Shown piece after piece: positions 46,884-55,101 of a stretch of 64,000 nucleotides of DNA. This DNA is from a virus (Duplodnaviria > Caudoviricetes). The DNA is taken from IMG/VR virus record IMGVR_UViG_3300042691_031247. The stretch is one strand, 5' to 3'. A model generated the notes under the pieces. That model did no database searches, was not told the origin of the DNA, and was given only the letters and a program-made list of their open reading frames with translations. A program made the position numbers and the translations under genes. The stretch's first letter is position 1; every line of letters starts with the position of its first letter.

Positions 46884-46908
46884 GATGTCACCTATTAAAG
46901 TTTACCAA

Positions 46909-47934
46909 TTAGATCCGGCCGAGCGCGCCATAGCTGCGCAGCTTCTTCGGCGGCCAACCGTTAACACCGGAGATCGCCACCATGTATCGATTTTTGATAT
47001 CGGACCATTTAGCCCAAAAAGCGCCAACTGGAATGTCTACAACCGTACCAAAAATACGGCGACTTCCGGCATTCCACGCGCCCCAGCTATTTTGAATTAA
47101 CACAAGCGGTTCACCATAAAGTTTTTTAATCTCGTCGCGATCGTCTACGCCAAGATAGGCGAGAGCGTGCGCCCAAGAGCCTCTACGTTTACTTACGCCG
47201 TTTAAATCGCGCTCGGATGAAAAGCCCTCACTCCCGCAGCTACTTACGCAATACCCATTGGCAAGTAAATCGCGGAGCGCTTCAAACTCTTCGATTTCAG
47301 TAATCGTCTGGACAAGATGTAACTTACCGACCTCGCGCCACGAATCGGGCGGCGTGCGAGAGCCGTAGATGCCGGCGTTACGCGCCGAGTACTGCGTGAA
47401 GTCAACCTCGATCTCGTCGTACTTCTTGCGCAGCCACAGGCCGCTATCGTTCAGCATGACTTGCGCAGCAGACGCGCAGCTCCAGCCGTCCCCGCCGTGC
47501 CGACGCCAATTGTAAATCGCTTCGGTCGACAACACGCCGTTGAGCCGCGCCGTGTCGCTAACTTCCGGCGCGCCTTCTAGCCGCCCGCTGTTTACGTCCG
47601 GGAGGCCGCTGGTGATTTCGCAGCACATTGTGCCGAGCGCGGCGTTTCGGCTCGACCAACTGACGCAGTCACCGCGACCTTGTGCTCCACCCGGCAAGCA
47701 GTCCGGGTAGAGCTTCAAGATCTCTAGCACAGGAAGACTTAACTTTCCCTTGCCTGTTTCTTCCAGTGCGTAGGCCGAGCAGGCCATAGCGCCATCGGGA
47801 ATACCGCCCGCAGCTTTAATCTGATCGCGGAGCGCTTCAGCGGCTTCGGGGTCGCCGTAGGCGCCCACAAAGCCCTTTTCATACGCTGCCACGACGTCAT
47901 AAACGTCGGTAAAAAAATGTTCGGTATCGGCCAT
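46909..47934 (-). CDS. papain-like (C1 family) cysteine protease
   Basis: Start reassigned to MADTEH; QGRGDCVSW (oxyanion Gln and catalytic Cys), WAHALAYLG (His), IQNSWG (Asn). Confidence 0.85.
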   Translation of the reverse strand: MADTEHFFTDVYDVVAAYEKGFVGAYGDPEAAEALRDQIKAAGGIPDGAMACSAYALEETGKGKLSLPVLEILKLYPDCLPGGAQGRGDCVSWSSRNAALGTMCCEITSGLPDVNSGRLEGAPEVSDTARLNGVLSTEAIYNWRRHGGDGWSCASAAQVMLNDSGLWLRKKYDEIEVDFTQYSARNAGIYGSRTPPDSWREVGKLHLVQTITEIEEFEALRDLLANGYCVSSCGSEGFSSERDLNGVSKRRGSWAHALAYLGVDDRDEIKKLYGEPLVLIQNSWGAWNAGSRRIFGTVVDIPVGAFWAKWSDIKNRYMVAISGVNGWPPKKLRSYGALGRI

Positions 47935-47953
47935 GGCATCTCTCCTGCGGTTA

Positions 47954-48409
47954 TCAAGCAGTCGGCTCTTCGCCCTTGGTCTCGCTGACAAGAGTGACGC
48001 CGAACGAACCCGGCTGCGCAGGCGGCAGGGTGTCTTCAGCCACAAACTCCAACACGGCCGGTTCCGACCGGTTACCGGCGTCGTCTACGTCGACGAGCGT
48101 CAGCAGTACCGACGAACCCTGCGGCACGGTCACTTCACCAAGATCGGTGGTGTCGGCCGGGAACGTCTTAAACTCGTCGACCGGCACAACGCCGTCGACG
48201 GCCACGACCAGCTGGCGCTCGACAACGTCGGCGTCAACGACCGGGCCTACAGAAACACGATACGTTAAAAGATCAGCCATAGTGAGCTTGCTCCTAATTT
48301 GTAAAACACTAAACCCCTCTGGCGATGACGGGGCAGCTAAAAACTGCGCCATCACCACCAACAACCACACCACCAAACACAACAAAACGGCGGCGGTTAT
48401 AGCGCCCAT
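47954..48409 (-). CDS. membrane-anchored Ig/FN3-like small protein
   Basis: N-terminal hydrophobic helix (AVLLCLVVWLLVV); LTLVDVDDAGNRSEPA resembles an FN3 C-terminal strand; alternative start at 48280. Confidence 0.5.
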   Translation of the reverse strand: MGAITAAVLLCLVVWLLVVMAQFLAAPSSPEGFSVLQIRSKLTMADLLTYRVSVGPVVDADVVERQLVVAVDGVVPVDEFKTFPADTTDLGEVTVPQGSSVLLTLVDVDDAGNRSEPAVLEFVAEDTLPPAQPGSFGVTLVSETKGEEPTA

Positions 48410-48410
48410 G

Positions 48411-48863
48411 TTACTTAGCGGCCGCGACTGAATTCGCAATGATGTCGCACGCCTCCGTAAGTTTTTTCAGCGTCTCAGGTGTGCCGGGCAGTACGTCATC
48501 GGTACCGGCGGTGGTCTTAAACACCCGCTCAATCGCTGCGTCGAGCCCCGGATACTTGTTCACCTGCTCAATGGCGAGATCCAACGTGTTCCCGTGCACT
48601 TCTTCCCACTTCTCGGTCGTGGTGATACGCGCAGGGGCCGTCGGACGCTGCAGCACCTTCTTGAGCGATGTGTATACGTCGTAGACACGCGCCCGGTCAG
48701 CAATGTCGCTGCCGGTCATAAGCTTGACAATCTCGGCGTCTGTCGGCACTGACTCCACGACCGGCCGTGTCACTTCGGGCTGCACGCTAGGAAAGCGCGG
48801 GCCGTTCGGAAACACGATCGATGTAATGAGCAGCAGACCGGCAACTAACACCAGCTTTTTCAT
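48411..48863 (-). CDS. secreted/membrane-anchored hypothetical protein
   Basis: MKKLVLVAGLLLITSIVF signal-like N-terminus. Confidence 0.65.
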   Translation of the reverse strand: MKKLVLVAGLLLITSIVFPNGPRFPSVQPEVTRPVVESVPTDAEIVKLMTGSDIADRARVYDVYTSLKKVLQRPTAPARITTTEKWEEVHGNTLDLAIEQVNKYPGLDAAIERVFKTTAGTDDVLPGTPETLKKLTEACDIIANSVAAAK

Positions 48864-49144
48864 ACAGCACCCTTTGACGGCTGTTCATACTCCACAATCA
48901 CACGCAACAGAGCGGTGCACGCATCTACGCCTTCTTTGCAGCCTTCCCCGGCGAGCTTATCGCGCAGCTTGGTCACGGCAATAATGTCGTCCACCAGCGG
49001 CACGGCGATCGACTCGTGTACGGTCTGCGTCGTAGCCGTCACGAGCGGGCGCGCAAGCTTCAGACGCGCCAGAATTTCTTTGCGATACGCGATAACAACG
49101 AGCACCGCGAAGGCGGCGGCGCTGAATAACTGAAACGGTGTCAT
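48860..49144 (-). CDS. small membrane protein
   Basis: 94 aa; N-terminal TM segment; GGAGG SD. Confidence 0.65.
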   Translation of the reverse strand: MTPFQLFSAAAFAVLVVIAYRKEILARLKLARPLVTATTQTVHESIAVPLVDDIIAVTKLRDKLAGEGCKEGVDACTALLRVIVEYEQPSKGAV

Positions 49145-49179
49145 AAACCCTCCAATGTGAATTGCGCTGAACTATTTTA

Positions 49180-50007
49180 TCAGGTTTGCGGCACAAGTAC
49201 ATACGGACGACCGTTAATTACAAGTGTGCCGTTTATCTGCAGCCCGGCATCTTTCGTAATAGGATATGCCGTAGTGCGCTTGCCATATAACTTAATTATT
49301 TCGGCAATGTCGCCGTTTTGCGGCTTGGTGACGTTCGGGTCGTAATACGGGGCCATGAGGTTGCCGTTGGCGAGGTGCGGAAGACCGAGCGCATGACCCA
49401 GCTCGTGGCAAATCACGGCCACAGCCATGTTGAAGCTCCAGTCTTCCGCTTCATCAAACATCTGATCGAGCTGGATATTCTCAGCGACACCGCACGGCAG
49501 TTCGCTCCACGCGAGAGTGCCGCCTTTGTTATCTAAACCGTTTTTCTTGCCGACACCCGAGCGCGCATAAATGTTGGCTTTCTTGTGCGTGTCGACTCGC
49601 GTCGGATCAATCGCGCACACTTCGGCCCACTGCGAGAAGGCGATGTCGTACGCTTCGGCAACCTGTGAGTTCGATAGGCCGGGCAACCGGATCTCGTGGT
49701 AGTACGAGATGTTCGGCATCGGCCACTTGCACGGGTCGCCGCCGGGAGCCGTGATATTAAAATCAGGCAGCCCGCAGCGGCGGCGATTAATCCGGTGTGC
49801 GGTCGTGGGGCCAACGGTGCCAGTCGGATTCAGGCCGTTGAACTCTTGAAACGCCCGGACTGCCTTCTGCAGTTCGGCACCCTTGATCTTCTTGACCTGC
49901 GCCAGTGTTTTATCGCCGAAATACCCCAGCGCGTGAAGGCGCCGAAGAATTTCACTGACGGGGAGAACGTGCGGTTCAGGCGGGTGGTGGGCTGGCTTCC
50001 GTGCCAT
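49180..50007 (-). CDS. matrixin (M10) zinc metalloprotease with PG-binding-like prodomain
   Basis: AVRAFQEFNGLNPTG (PGBD-like), RRCGLPD (cysteine switch), HELGHALGLPH (zinc motif), LMAPYY (Met-turn). Confidence 0.88.
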   Translation of the reverse strand: MARKPAHHPPEPHVLPVSEILRRLHALGYFGDKTLAQVKKIKGAELQKAVRAFQEFNGLNPTGTVGPTTAHRINRRRCGLPDFNITAPGGDPCKWPMPNISYYHEIRLPGLSNSQVAEAYDIAFSQWAEVCAIDPTRVDTHKKANIYARSGVGKKNGLDNKGGTLAWSELPCGVAENIQLDQMFDEAEDWSFNMAVAVICHELGHALGLPHLANGNLMAPYYDPNVTKPQNGDIAEIIKLYGKRTTAYPITKDAGLQINGTLVINGRPYVLVPQT

Positions 50008-50027
50008 AAATGCGCATCCTTGTAGGT

Positions 50028-50432
50028 TTATTGCGCGGCAGCCAACTCCATAAGACCGGCGGCTGCGGCGTCATCGATTGTATCACTCAGTGTATAGACG
50101 GCGCCAACCACTGGATTATCTCGCGTATATTCAACACCTGTCTTCGCGCAGTGCTCCCGCCACACGTTATTTAAACGCCGGCGGAGCCGCATCAGTTTAC
50201 GCGGCGGAAGCGTGCGCAGTTCTCGCATGCTCTGCTGGATCGCGTCTTCCGCGTTCTTTTCTTTGCAGTGAATAATCACCTGCACAATGATCGAGATGAT
50301 CATGATGATGGTGATCGGATCAAACTGATACGAGTTGTTACCCTGAGCGACAAGCTCATCCGTGAGCCTGTCTCTCAGGGCTGCCAGCGCAGGCGACTCG
50401 TTCACACGGCGCTGCAGTTCTTCTGTGGTCAT
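50028..50432 (-). CDS. hypothetical protein with hydrophobic segment
   Basis: 134 aa; PITIIMIISIIVQVII; TGATG-coupled to the holin. Confidence 0.65.
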   Translation of the reverse strand: MTTEELQRRVNESPALAALRDRLTDELVAQGNNSYQFDPITIIMIISIIVQVIIHCKEKNAEDAIQQSMRELRTLPPRKLMRLRRRLNNVWREHCAKTGVEYTRDNPVVGAVYTLSDTIDDAAAAGLMELAAAQ

Positions 50433-50803
50433 CAGTTTGCCGTCCGTTCAGCACGCATCTTCTCGACCGCGACCGCTTCCATATAGCGATACCGCGCGTC
50501 GATCATCTGCGCCCGAATCTCGGTCCTGCCGGCAATGTACTTCCAGATCAGCGCGCTATTGAGCACCACAATCTGCGACGCGCCGATGATGGCAGTAACT
50601 GCCTTCGTCAGCGTCTCGGCCTGCGACTGATCCACCCAGCCGATGAGCACGGCGACAGCGACCAGATTCGTCAGCGCGCCAACCGCCATGGTCCAAAATT
50701 CGGGTGTCAGCCAGTTGCCGGAATCGACGTTAGCGTCGTCAGCCGCGGCGTTTAAAACACGAAGCTCTTCGCGAACAGTTTCAACACTTTTTTTGGTAGC
50801 CAT
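50432..50803 (-). CDS. putative holin
   Basis: Start reassigned to MATKK (AGGAG SD); two TM helices (FWTMAVGALTNLVAVAVLIGW; AIIGASQIVVLNSALIW) and a charged C-terminus. Confidence 0.55.
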   Translation of the reverse strand: MATKKSVETVREELRVLNAAADDANVDSGNWLTPEFWTMAVGALTNLVAVAVLIGWVDQSQAETLTKAVTAIIGASQIVVLNSALIWKYIAGRTEIRAQMIDARYRYMEAVAVEKMRAERTAN

Positions 50804-50832
50804 AACTTCTCCTAGAAAAAAGACGTGTGTGT

Positions 50833-50860
50833 ATTGTACTAACCTCGAAATAGCGCGCAA
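50833..50860 (-). promoter_or_regulatory. sigma70-like promoter of the holin/protease cassette
   Basis: TTGCGC-N16-TACAAT in the intergenic gap. Confidence 0.55.
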
Positions 50861-50866
50861 GACACA

Positions 50867-51877
50867 TTATCGCCCGAATAGGCTGGGCACAACTGCGTGC
50901 ATCATTCCGCCCCACAGCCCCATGTCTTGTAACTTAGCCTGCCCGGCCGGAGTTAATCCAGCCATCGCCGAGAGGGCTTTTCCGGCGATCGTAGCGGTGG
51001 CCAGACCGACACCGGCAGAGGCAATACCGTTAATAACGTCCACGGGCCGAATGATCGGCGACCGCATGTTCGTGCTGATGCCGCTCATGAGTCCCGTAGT
51101 CGCCGCGGCAAACTGCGGCGGTGTGTGGTTTTGAAACCCGCGGTACATGCCCATGTTTACGTCTTGCCACGCCGCGCTGTTGAACTGCGGCACGGATACC
51201 GTCGGCGCAAATAACGGATTATTGGCGAACGACTTTTTTGTCATCTTTTCTTGATACGGATACACAACGGGCGTTTTGTTATTTGTAAGCAGCCCGCGCA
51301 GCATGCTCGTGCGCAGGGCTTTCGCGTTGGCGTAGGAGTTCAACCCGGCCACACCGACGCCGCTCAACGCACCCATGAGACCAAGTGTGCGCCGTAGTTT
51401 GCCGCGCTCTAGATAACGCTCTGGAAAAAACTGCTCGGCAAGGGTGCCGGCGCCATAGCCAAGCCCGCCGGCCAGCAAGCCTGTCATCAATCCGTTCGAC
51501 AGCGGCGTGGGTCCGCCCAGCATTGCGTTCCCTGTGTTCCAGACTGTCGGCAGTCCGGGCACCAACGAACCGACCTTGACTAAGATCTCCTCGTTCCAGT
51601 CTGGCTGAATCTGGTTATATGACACGCTTGCCAAACACCGGTCGCCGTCATAGATCTCGTGCTCGTAGATGTCGTACGCCTGCTTGTCGAGCTGTTGCGC
51701 CGAATACAGCGTGATGGCGTTAAGTTCCGGCGACCATGTAGCGGCAGTAATCGCGAGAATGCCGGCTTTAAGTGCCGCCTGCTCGTGTGCCACCTTTACC
51801 TGCACCGCGAGCGGCAGGAGCGCCGCAACGCGCTCCGGGACCGCCTGCCACTCATAGATAGTCGCTGTGGATTTCAT
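50867..51877 (-). CDS. glycine-zipper protein, putative internal virion protein
   Basis: 336 aa; four Gly/Ala-rich hydrophobic segments. Confidence 0.6.
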   Translation of the reverse strand: MKSTATIYEWQAVPERVAALLPLAVQVKVAHEQAALKAGILAITAATWSPELNAITLYSAQQLDKQAYDIYEHEIYDGDRCLASVSYNQIQPDWNEEILVKVGSLVPGLPTVWNTGNAMLGGPTPLSNGLMTGLLAGGLGYGAGTLAEQFFPERYLERGKLRRTLGLMGALSGVGVAGLNSYANAKALRTSMLRGLLTNNKTPVVYPYQEKMTKKSFANNPLFAPTVSVPQFNSAAWQDVNMGMYRGFQNHTPPQFAAATTGLMSGISTNMRSPIIRPVDVINGIASAGVGLATATIAGKALSAMAGLTPAGQAKLQDMGLWGGMMHAVVPSLFGR

Positions 51878-51880
51878 GAA

Positions 51881-52153
51881 TTACCGGTTGAGCGTCAGAA
51901 TAAATTTTACAAACACCAGCCCCCACGCGAGCACGCCGCTGATAGCAAAAAAAACAATCACGGCGCTCAGGCTGACGAGTTTGCCGAGCTTTTGAATCTG
52001 AATGTCTTTCAACAAGCGCCACGCCTTGAGGTAATCGATCGCGCCCGGTTGGTGCGGCGGTTCCGGCGTGGGTTCCGGGGTCGGCTCTGGCGTCGCGGGC
52101 TTCTTCTTGCGCCCCAGTAGCTCATTCAGCCTGTCGAGCAGCGGATTAGCCAT
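51881..52153 (-). CDS. small membrane protein
   Basis: Start at MANPLL; PEPT repeats; C-terminal TM helix. Confidence 0.55.
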   Translation of the reverse strand: MANPLLDRLNELLGRKKKPATPEPTPEPTPEPPHQPGAIDYLKAWRLLKDIQIQKLGKLVSLSAVIVFFAISGVLAWGLVFVKFILTLNR

Positions 52154-53732
52154 GTTTTTTGCCCCAGTTCTGGATGGTGTCAAAGACATCATTGCCGTAC
52201 AGCTGCGTAGCCTTGTCGAACATATTCATCTGTGGCAGTGTTCCGGTCGCGGCTGCTTGCGCCATTTGATATCTATACTGCGGATCAAGCATCGAGCGGT
52301 ACAGATGTGACTTCTGCCGCGCGGCCAAGATGAAGTCACCGCGTTGCTTTGCTTTTAACAGATGGTCAGTGACGTTAGCGAACACCGGTTTGTTGTGGTC
52401 GTACACGATCGGCGTGCGAAAGTTCAGCAGGTTACGAAACTGCTGCGCGTACACACTGTTCTCGGCCGCTTTGATCTGCGAACCGACAACGGCTGCCGGC
52501 GCATGAAACCGAAACTTCGTCGGCGTGTGCGTGACGCCCTTGTACTTCGGCTTCGGATCGTCGACGTGCCAGTCTTGCGGTGATTGCGCGATTAATCGCC
52601 GCAGGATCTCGTGCTTGCGGTCGTATTCGCGGCGATCTGAGTGCGTTTTCGCCGCACGTAGCTCGTCGAGAATGTTGGGCTTCTTGGGTGCGGGCTCTTT
52701 TTCGGCGTCTTTTTCGATTACTTTGACTTTTTCGTAATAGGCGGGGTCTTCGGACAGATGATCTTTGGCAATTTCTTTGGCGACTTGATCATTGTTCGTG
52801 TGTTCGTGCTCATGCTGCGCTCCTTCGGCTAATGCTTTCTGAGAAATTTCCCGATCGGGAACATTGTCGGCTTTTCCACCCTGTAATAGGTCGTTCTTTC
52901 CCGAGCGGGAAAGATTTTCTTCCCGATCGGGTGTGTTGTCCCGTGCAGGCATATCGCTGGCGGCTGTTTTATGCGTTGCGGCGCAATAGCCGCTTTTTTT
53001 ACACACGCACGTCGGCGGGCAAGTGCGGGCGCCGGAGCAGTTACAGTCGTAAGTCGTGTCGTCAGCCGGTGCGCTGGCGGCTTTGAGTTCTCCCCGACTG
53101 ATGGGGTTACTGAACCTATGCTCTTCCGTCGTTTCGGCAGGGGTTTCGTAACCCTTTGACTTACCGTTGTCGAGCAGGACGCCTTTACGTCTGGCAGCGA
53201 CCGTAATGTGAAACGGGTGGTCGTCATTGGGGAGCGCCGACAGCCCGTAGCTTTTGCGCAGCGCCGAAAGTCCCGGGCTGCTGACCTGAATAGCCCAGAC
53301 CTTGCTTACGCCGTCGACATTCTTGACGTCTATCTCTTTCAGGCCGCCCAGCGTGTAGCCGAACATGTGCCCGCGCTCGTTGATCTTGTCAGCGCCGATA
53401 GATGCTACTTCAGCCGCGGTAAGGACCGATATATGCGCATTTACAAGATCGCCCTTAACGTTTGGAACGTTAAACACACCAGCCGTCGGTAATTCAGCAC
53501 CGGGCTCGGTTAGGGCGTCAAACACGCCCCGAACCAGCGCGTTCGGTACAGATAACAAAAGCCAGCCCGATTTGGCGAGATACAGCCGGCCGGCGAGCGG
53601 ATAACTTGTGGCCGCTTGCTTGTTGCCGCCGCGATAAAGCCAGCCGAGAGCGTTACCAGCGGCGTAGGCGGGGTGCTCGCGGAAGTACTGCTGGTCCCAA
53701 GCGAGCGGGTCGAGTGCTGAGAGGCTGTCCAT
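52146..53732 (-). CDS. multidomain protein with 2H phosphoesterase-like domain
   Basis: Two H-x-[S/T]-h motifs (AHISVL, FHITVA) about 75 aa apart; then a Cys-rich CNC...C...CVC...YC segment, HEHEHT...EIAKDHLSEDPAYY, and further small domains. Confidence 0.65.
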   Translation of the reverse strand: MDSLSALDPLAWDQQYFREHPAYAAGNALGWLYRGGNKQAATSYPLAGRLYLAKSGWLLLSVPNALVRGVFDALTEPGAELPTAGVFNVPNVKGDLVNAHISVLTAAEVASIGADKINERGHMFGYTLGGLKEIDVKNVDGVSKVWAIQVSSPGLSALRKSYGLSALPNDDHPFHITVAARRKGVLLDNGKSKGYETPAETTEEHRFSNPISRGELKAASAPADDTTYDCNCSGARTCPPTCVCKKSGYCAATHKTAASDMPARDNTPDREENLSRSGKNDLLQGGKADNVPDREISQKALAEGAQHEHEHTNNDQVAKEIAKDHLSEDPAYYEKVKVIEKDAEKEPAPKKPNILDELRAAKTHSDRREYDRKHEILRRLIAQSPQDWHVDDPKPKYKGVTHTPTKFRFHAPAAVVGSQIKAAENSVYAQQFRNLLNFRTPIVYDHNKPVFANVTDHLLKAKQRGDFILAARQKSHLYRSMLDPQYRYQMAQAAATGTLPQMNMFDKATQLYGNDVFDTIQNWGKKHG

Positions 53733-53746
53733 AGCGCGCTTTCAAA

Positions 53747-53818
53747 CTGCCTGAGTAGGACTCGAACCTACAACCCCAGCATTAACAGTGCCGTGCACTA
53801 CCATTGTGCTATCAGGCA
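53747..53818 (-). tRNA. trnN: tRNA-Asn(GTT)
   Basis: Cloverleaf: acceptor TGCCTGA/TCAGGCA, D-stem GCAC/GTGC, anticodon arm CGGCA-CTGTTAA-TGCTG, T-arm GTAGG-TTCGAGT-CCTAC; discriminator G; no encoded CCA. Confidence 0.95.
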
Positions 53819-53825
53819 AGATATG

Positions 53826-53975
53826 TCACGGGGTCGCGCTAATACTTGGCGTGGTCATACCTCCGACCGCGTGATGTGAAACAGCCGCATAGGCCGACAC
53901 GAGCAGCAAGAGGCAAAAAACGGCGGAAGCGCCCCACGCGGCTACGCTCAATTGTTTACGGACGGTCATTGTCAT
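53826..53975 (-). CDS. small single-TM protein downstream of a holin
   Basis: 49 aa from MTMTV; hydrophobic AVFCLLLLVSAYAAV; overlaps the holin-like gene end. Confidence 0.45.
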   Translation of the reverse strand: MTMTVRKQLSVAAWGASAVFCLLLLVSAYAAVSHHAVGGMTTPSISATP

Positions 53976-54312
53976 GCTCGTGCTCCAGTTCGCGATCACG
54001 TTCGTGCACAATAGTTACTTTGATGCCCGCTCCCGCCAACAACGAGATGGCGAGATCGGTTAAAGTTGACCCGCCCATGCCTGCCAGCACGCAAATGCCG
54101 ATCAGGCCGTAGACGTTTTCGGCTTTCCGATAGTTTTGATACCAAATCAGCGCAATGGCGAGGCCGAGAAACCCGGCGTTCAGCATGGCGCTGACCACCG
54201 CTAGTTTAGACAGTTTCTTGGCAAACCGCAAAAGCGTTGCCAGCCCGGCAAACGCAGCCGCGCCAAATGCGCTTAAAAGCACCGACAACGAATGTAATGT
54301 TTCGTCGCCCAT
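53956..54312 (-). CDS. putative holin (3-TM, LydA/HP1-like)
   Basis: 118 aa; three hydrophobic helices with small-residue motifs (AAAFAGLATLL; NAGFLGLAIALIW; GICVLAGMGGSTL). Confidence 0.6.
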   Translation of the reverse strand: MGDETLHSLSVLLSAFGAAAFAGLATLLRFAKKLSKLAVVSAMLNAGFLGLAIALIWYQNYRKAENVYGLIGICVLAGMGGSTLTDLAISLLAGAGIKVTIVHERDRELEHEHDNDRP

Positions 54313-54347
54313 GATTTGTAACCGCCTGTCATTACTCGTGTTATAAA

Positions 54348-54569
54348 TGTGTCAAAAGCCCCTGCGATCCCCTGTCCGCAGGACCTACCACGGCCGAAGC
54401 CGCGGTTCTGCAGCAACTTTCAAGGACATAATTTCGTCCCGTGTGGCATTTGCTGCTCCTCCGCCCGTGAGCCCGACAAAATCTGACCACGGAACCTGTA
54501 ACCCCCGCGGCATCCCTGCCTTGGAAGATACGCCTAACCAGCCGACCACCACGGCTAACTTTTGACACA
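54348..54569 (-). ncRNA. candidate structured non-coding RNA (~220 nt), family unassigned
   Basis: 11-bp terminal helix TGTGTCAAAAG/CTTTTGACACA enclosing nested helices, a C(UUCG)G hairpin and a GGGA-loop hairpin; G-U pairs form only on the minus strand; an upstream promoter fits the 5' end. Confidence 0.65.
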
Positions 54570-54574
54570 CCCTC

Positions 54575-54600
54575 AGTTTAACATGTTCTATCCGGCGCAA
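54575..54600 (-). promoter_or_regulatory. candidate promoter for the ncRNA
   Basis: TTGCGC...TG-T-TAAACT (extended -10) about 6 nt upstream of the terminal helix; a TTGACA also occurs at 54632-54637. Confidence 0.5.
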
Positions 54601-54648
54601 GATAATGCCAGATAAAACCGCAGCGACAAATTGTCAAAGAGCGCGCTG

Positions 54649-55101
54649 CTAAATGTACCGTGCCGGAGAATTGCTGCACAGGCCAGCTGGCTCAAACTGT
54701 TCAATCCAGCCGGGCGAAGTTTCGGGGAGAAAAGCGATCGAACGCGCTGCCAGCTCCCGCGGCGCCGGCGTCCAAATAAATTGCGCACTCGTCAGTGTTG
54801 GGGTGTCGCTGTCGAAAAACGCGTGGGCGCCGATGTTGCACAAGGCGTCGAGCGTTTCGCCGTCAAAGCAACGCGACCAGACCCGCTGCTTGGAGAAAAA
54901 CCCGGGCGGCGCAATGTTAAAGCCGCCGTCAAAGGGCAGCAGAAAACTACCCTGATAAAACACGACGTTGACGCACACGTGCCAGCCTGCGCTCAGCGTC
55001 GCCTGCAAATACGCCAGCCGGTTTTCTTTCTCCGGTTGCGCGCCGTTAATGTTGCCGAGATTGGCAATTAAAATACCGTCAAACCGCGTGTTGCGCGCCA
55101 T
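54649..55101 (-). CDS. degenerate PLC/GDPD-like phosphodiesterase-fold protein
   Basis: ILIANLGNINGAQPEKENRLAYLQATLSAGWHVCVNV matches the IAHRGN...ENxxxxIxxALxxGFDVEIDV pattern, but the catalytic residues are substituted. Confidence 0.55.
   Translation of the reverse strand: MARNTRFDGILIANLGNINGAQPEKENRLAYLQATLSAGWHVCVNVVFYQGSFLLPFDGGFNIAPPGFFSKQRVWSRCFDGETLDALCNIGAHAFFDSDTPTLTSAQFIWTPAPRELAARSIAFLPETSPGWIEQFEPAGLCSNSPARYI

Noticed and set aside
54348-54569. MITE/IS remnant (TGT...ACA inverted ends)
   Set aside because: There is no target-site duplication (flanks TAAA and CCCT) and no transposase nearby. The interior is extensively base-paired with strand-specific G-U pairs, which favours an RNA.
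54348-54569. RNase P, SRP or tmRNA identity
   Set aside because: Only fragments resemble them (CAGAACC..GGCTT; GGAGGAGCAGC). GAGGAAAGUCC, the SRP helix-8 stem and tRNA-like ends are absent.
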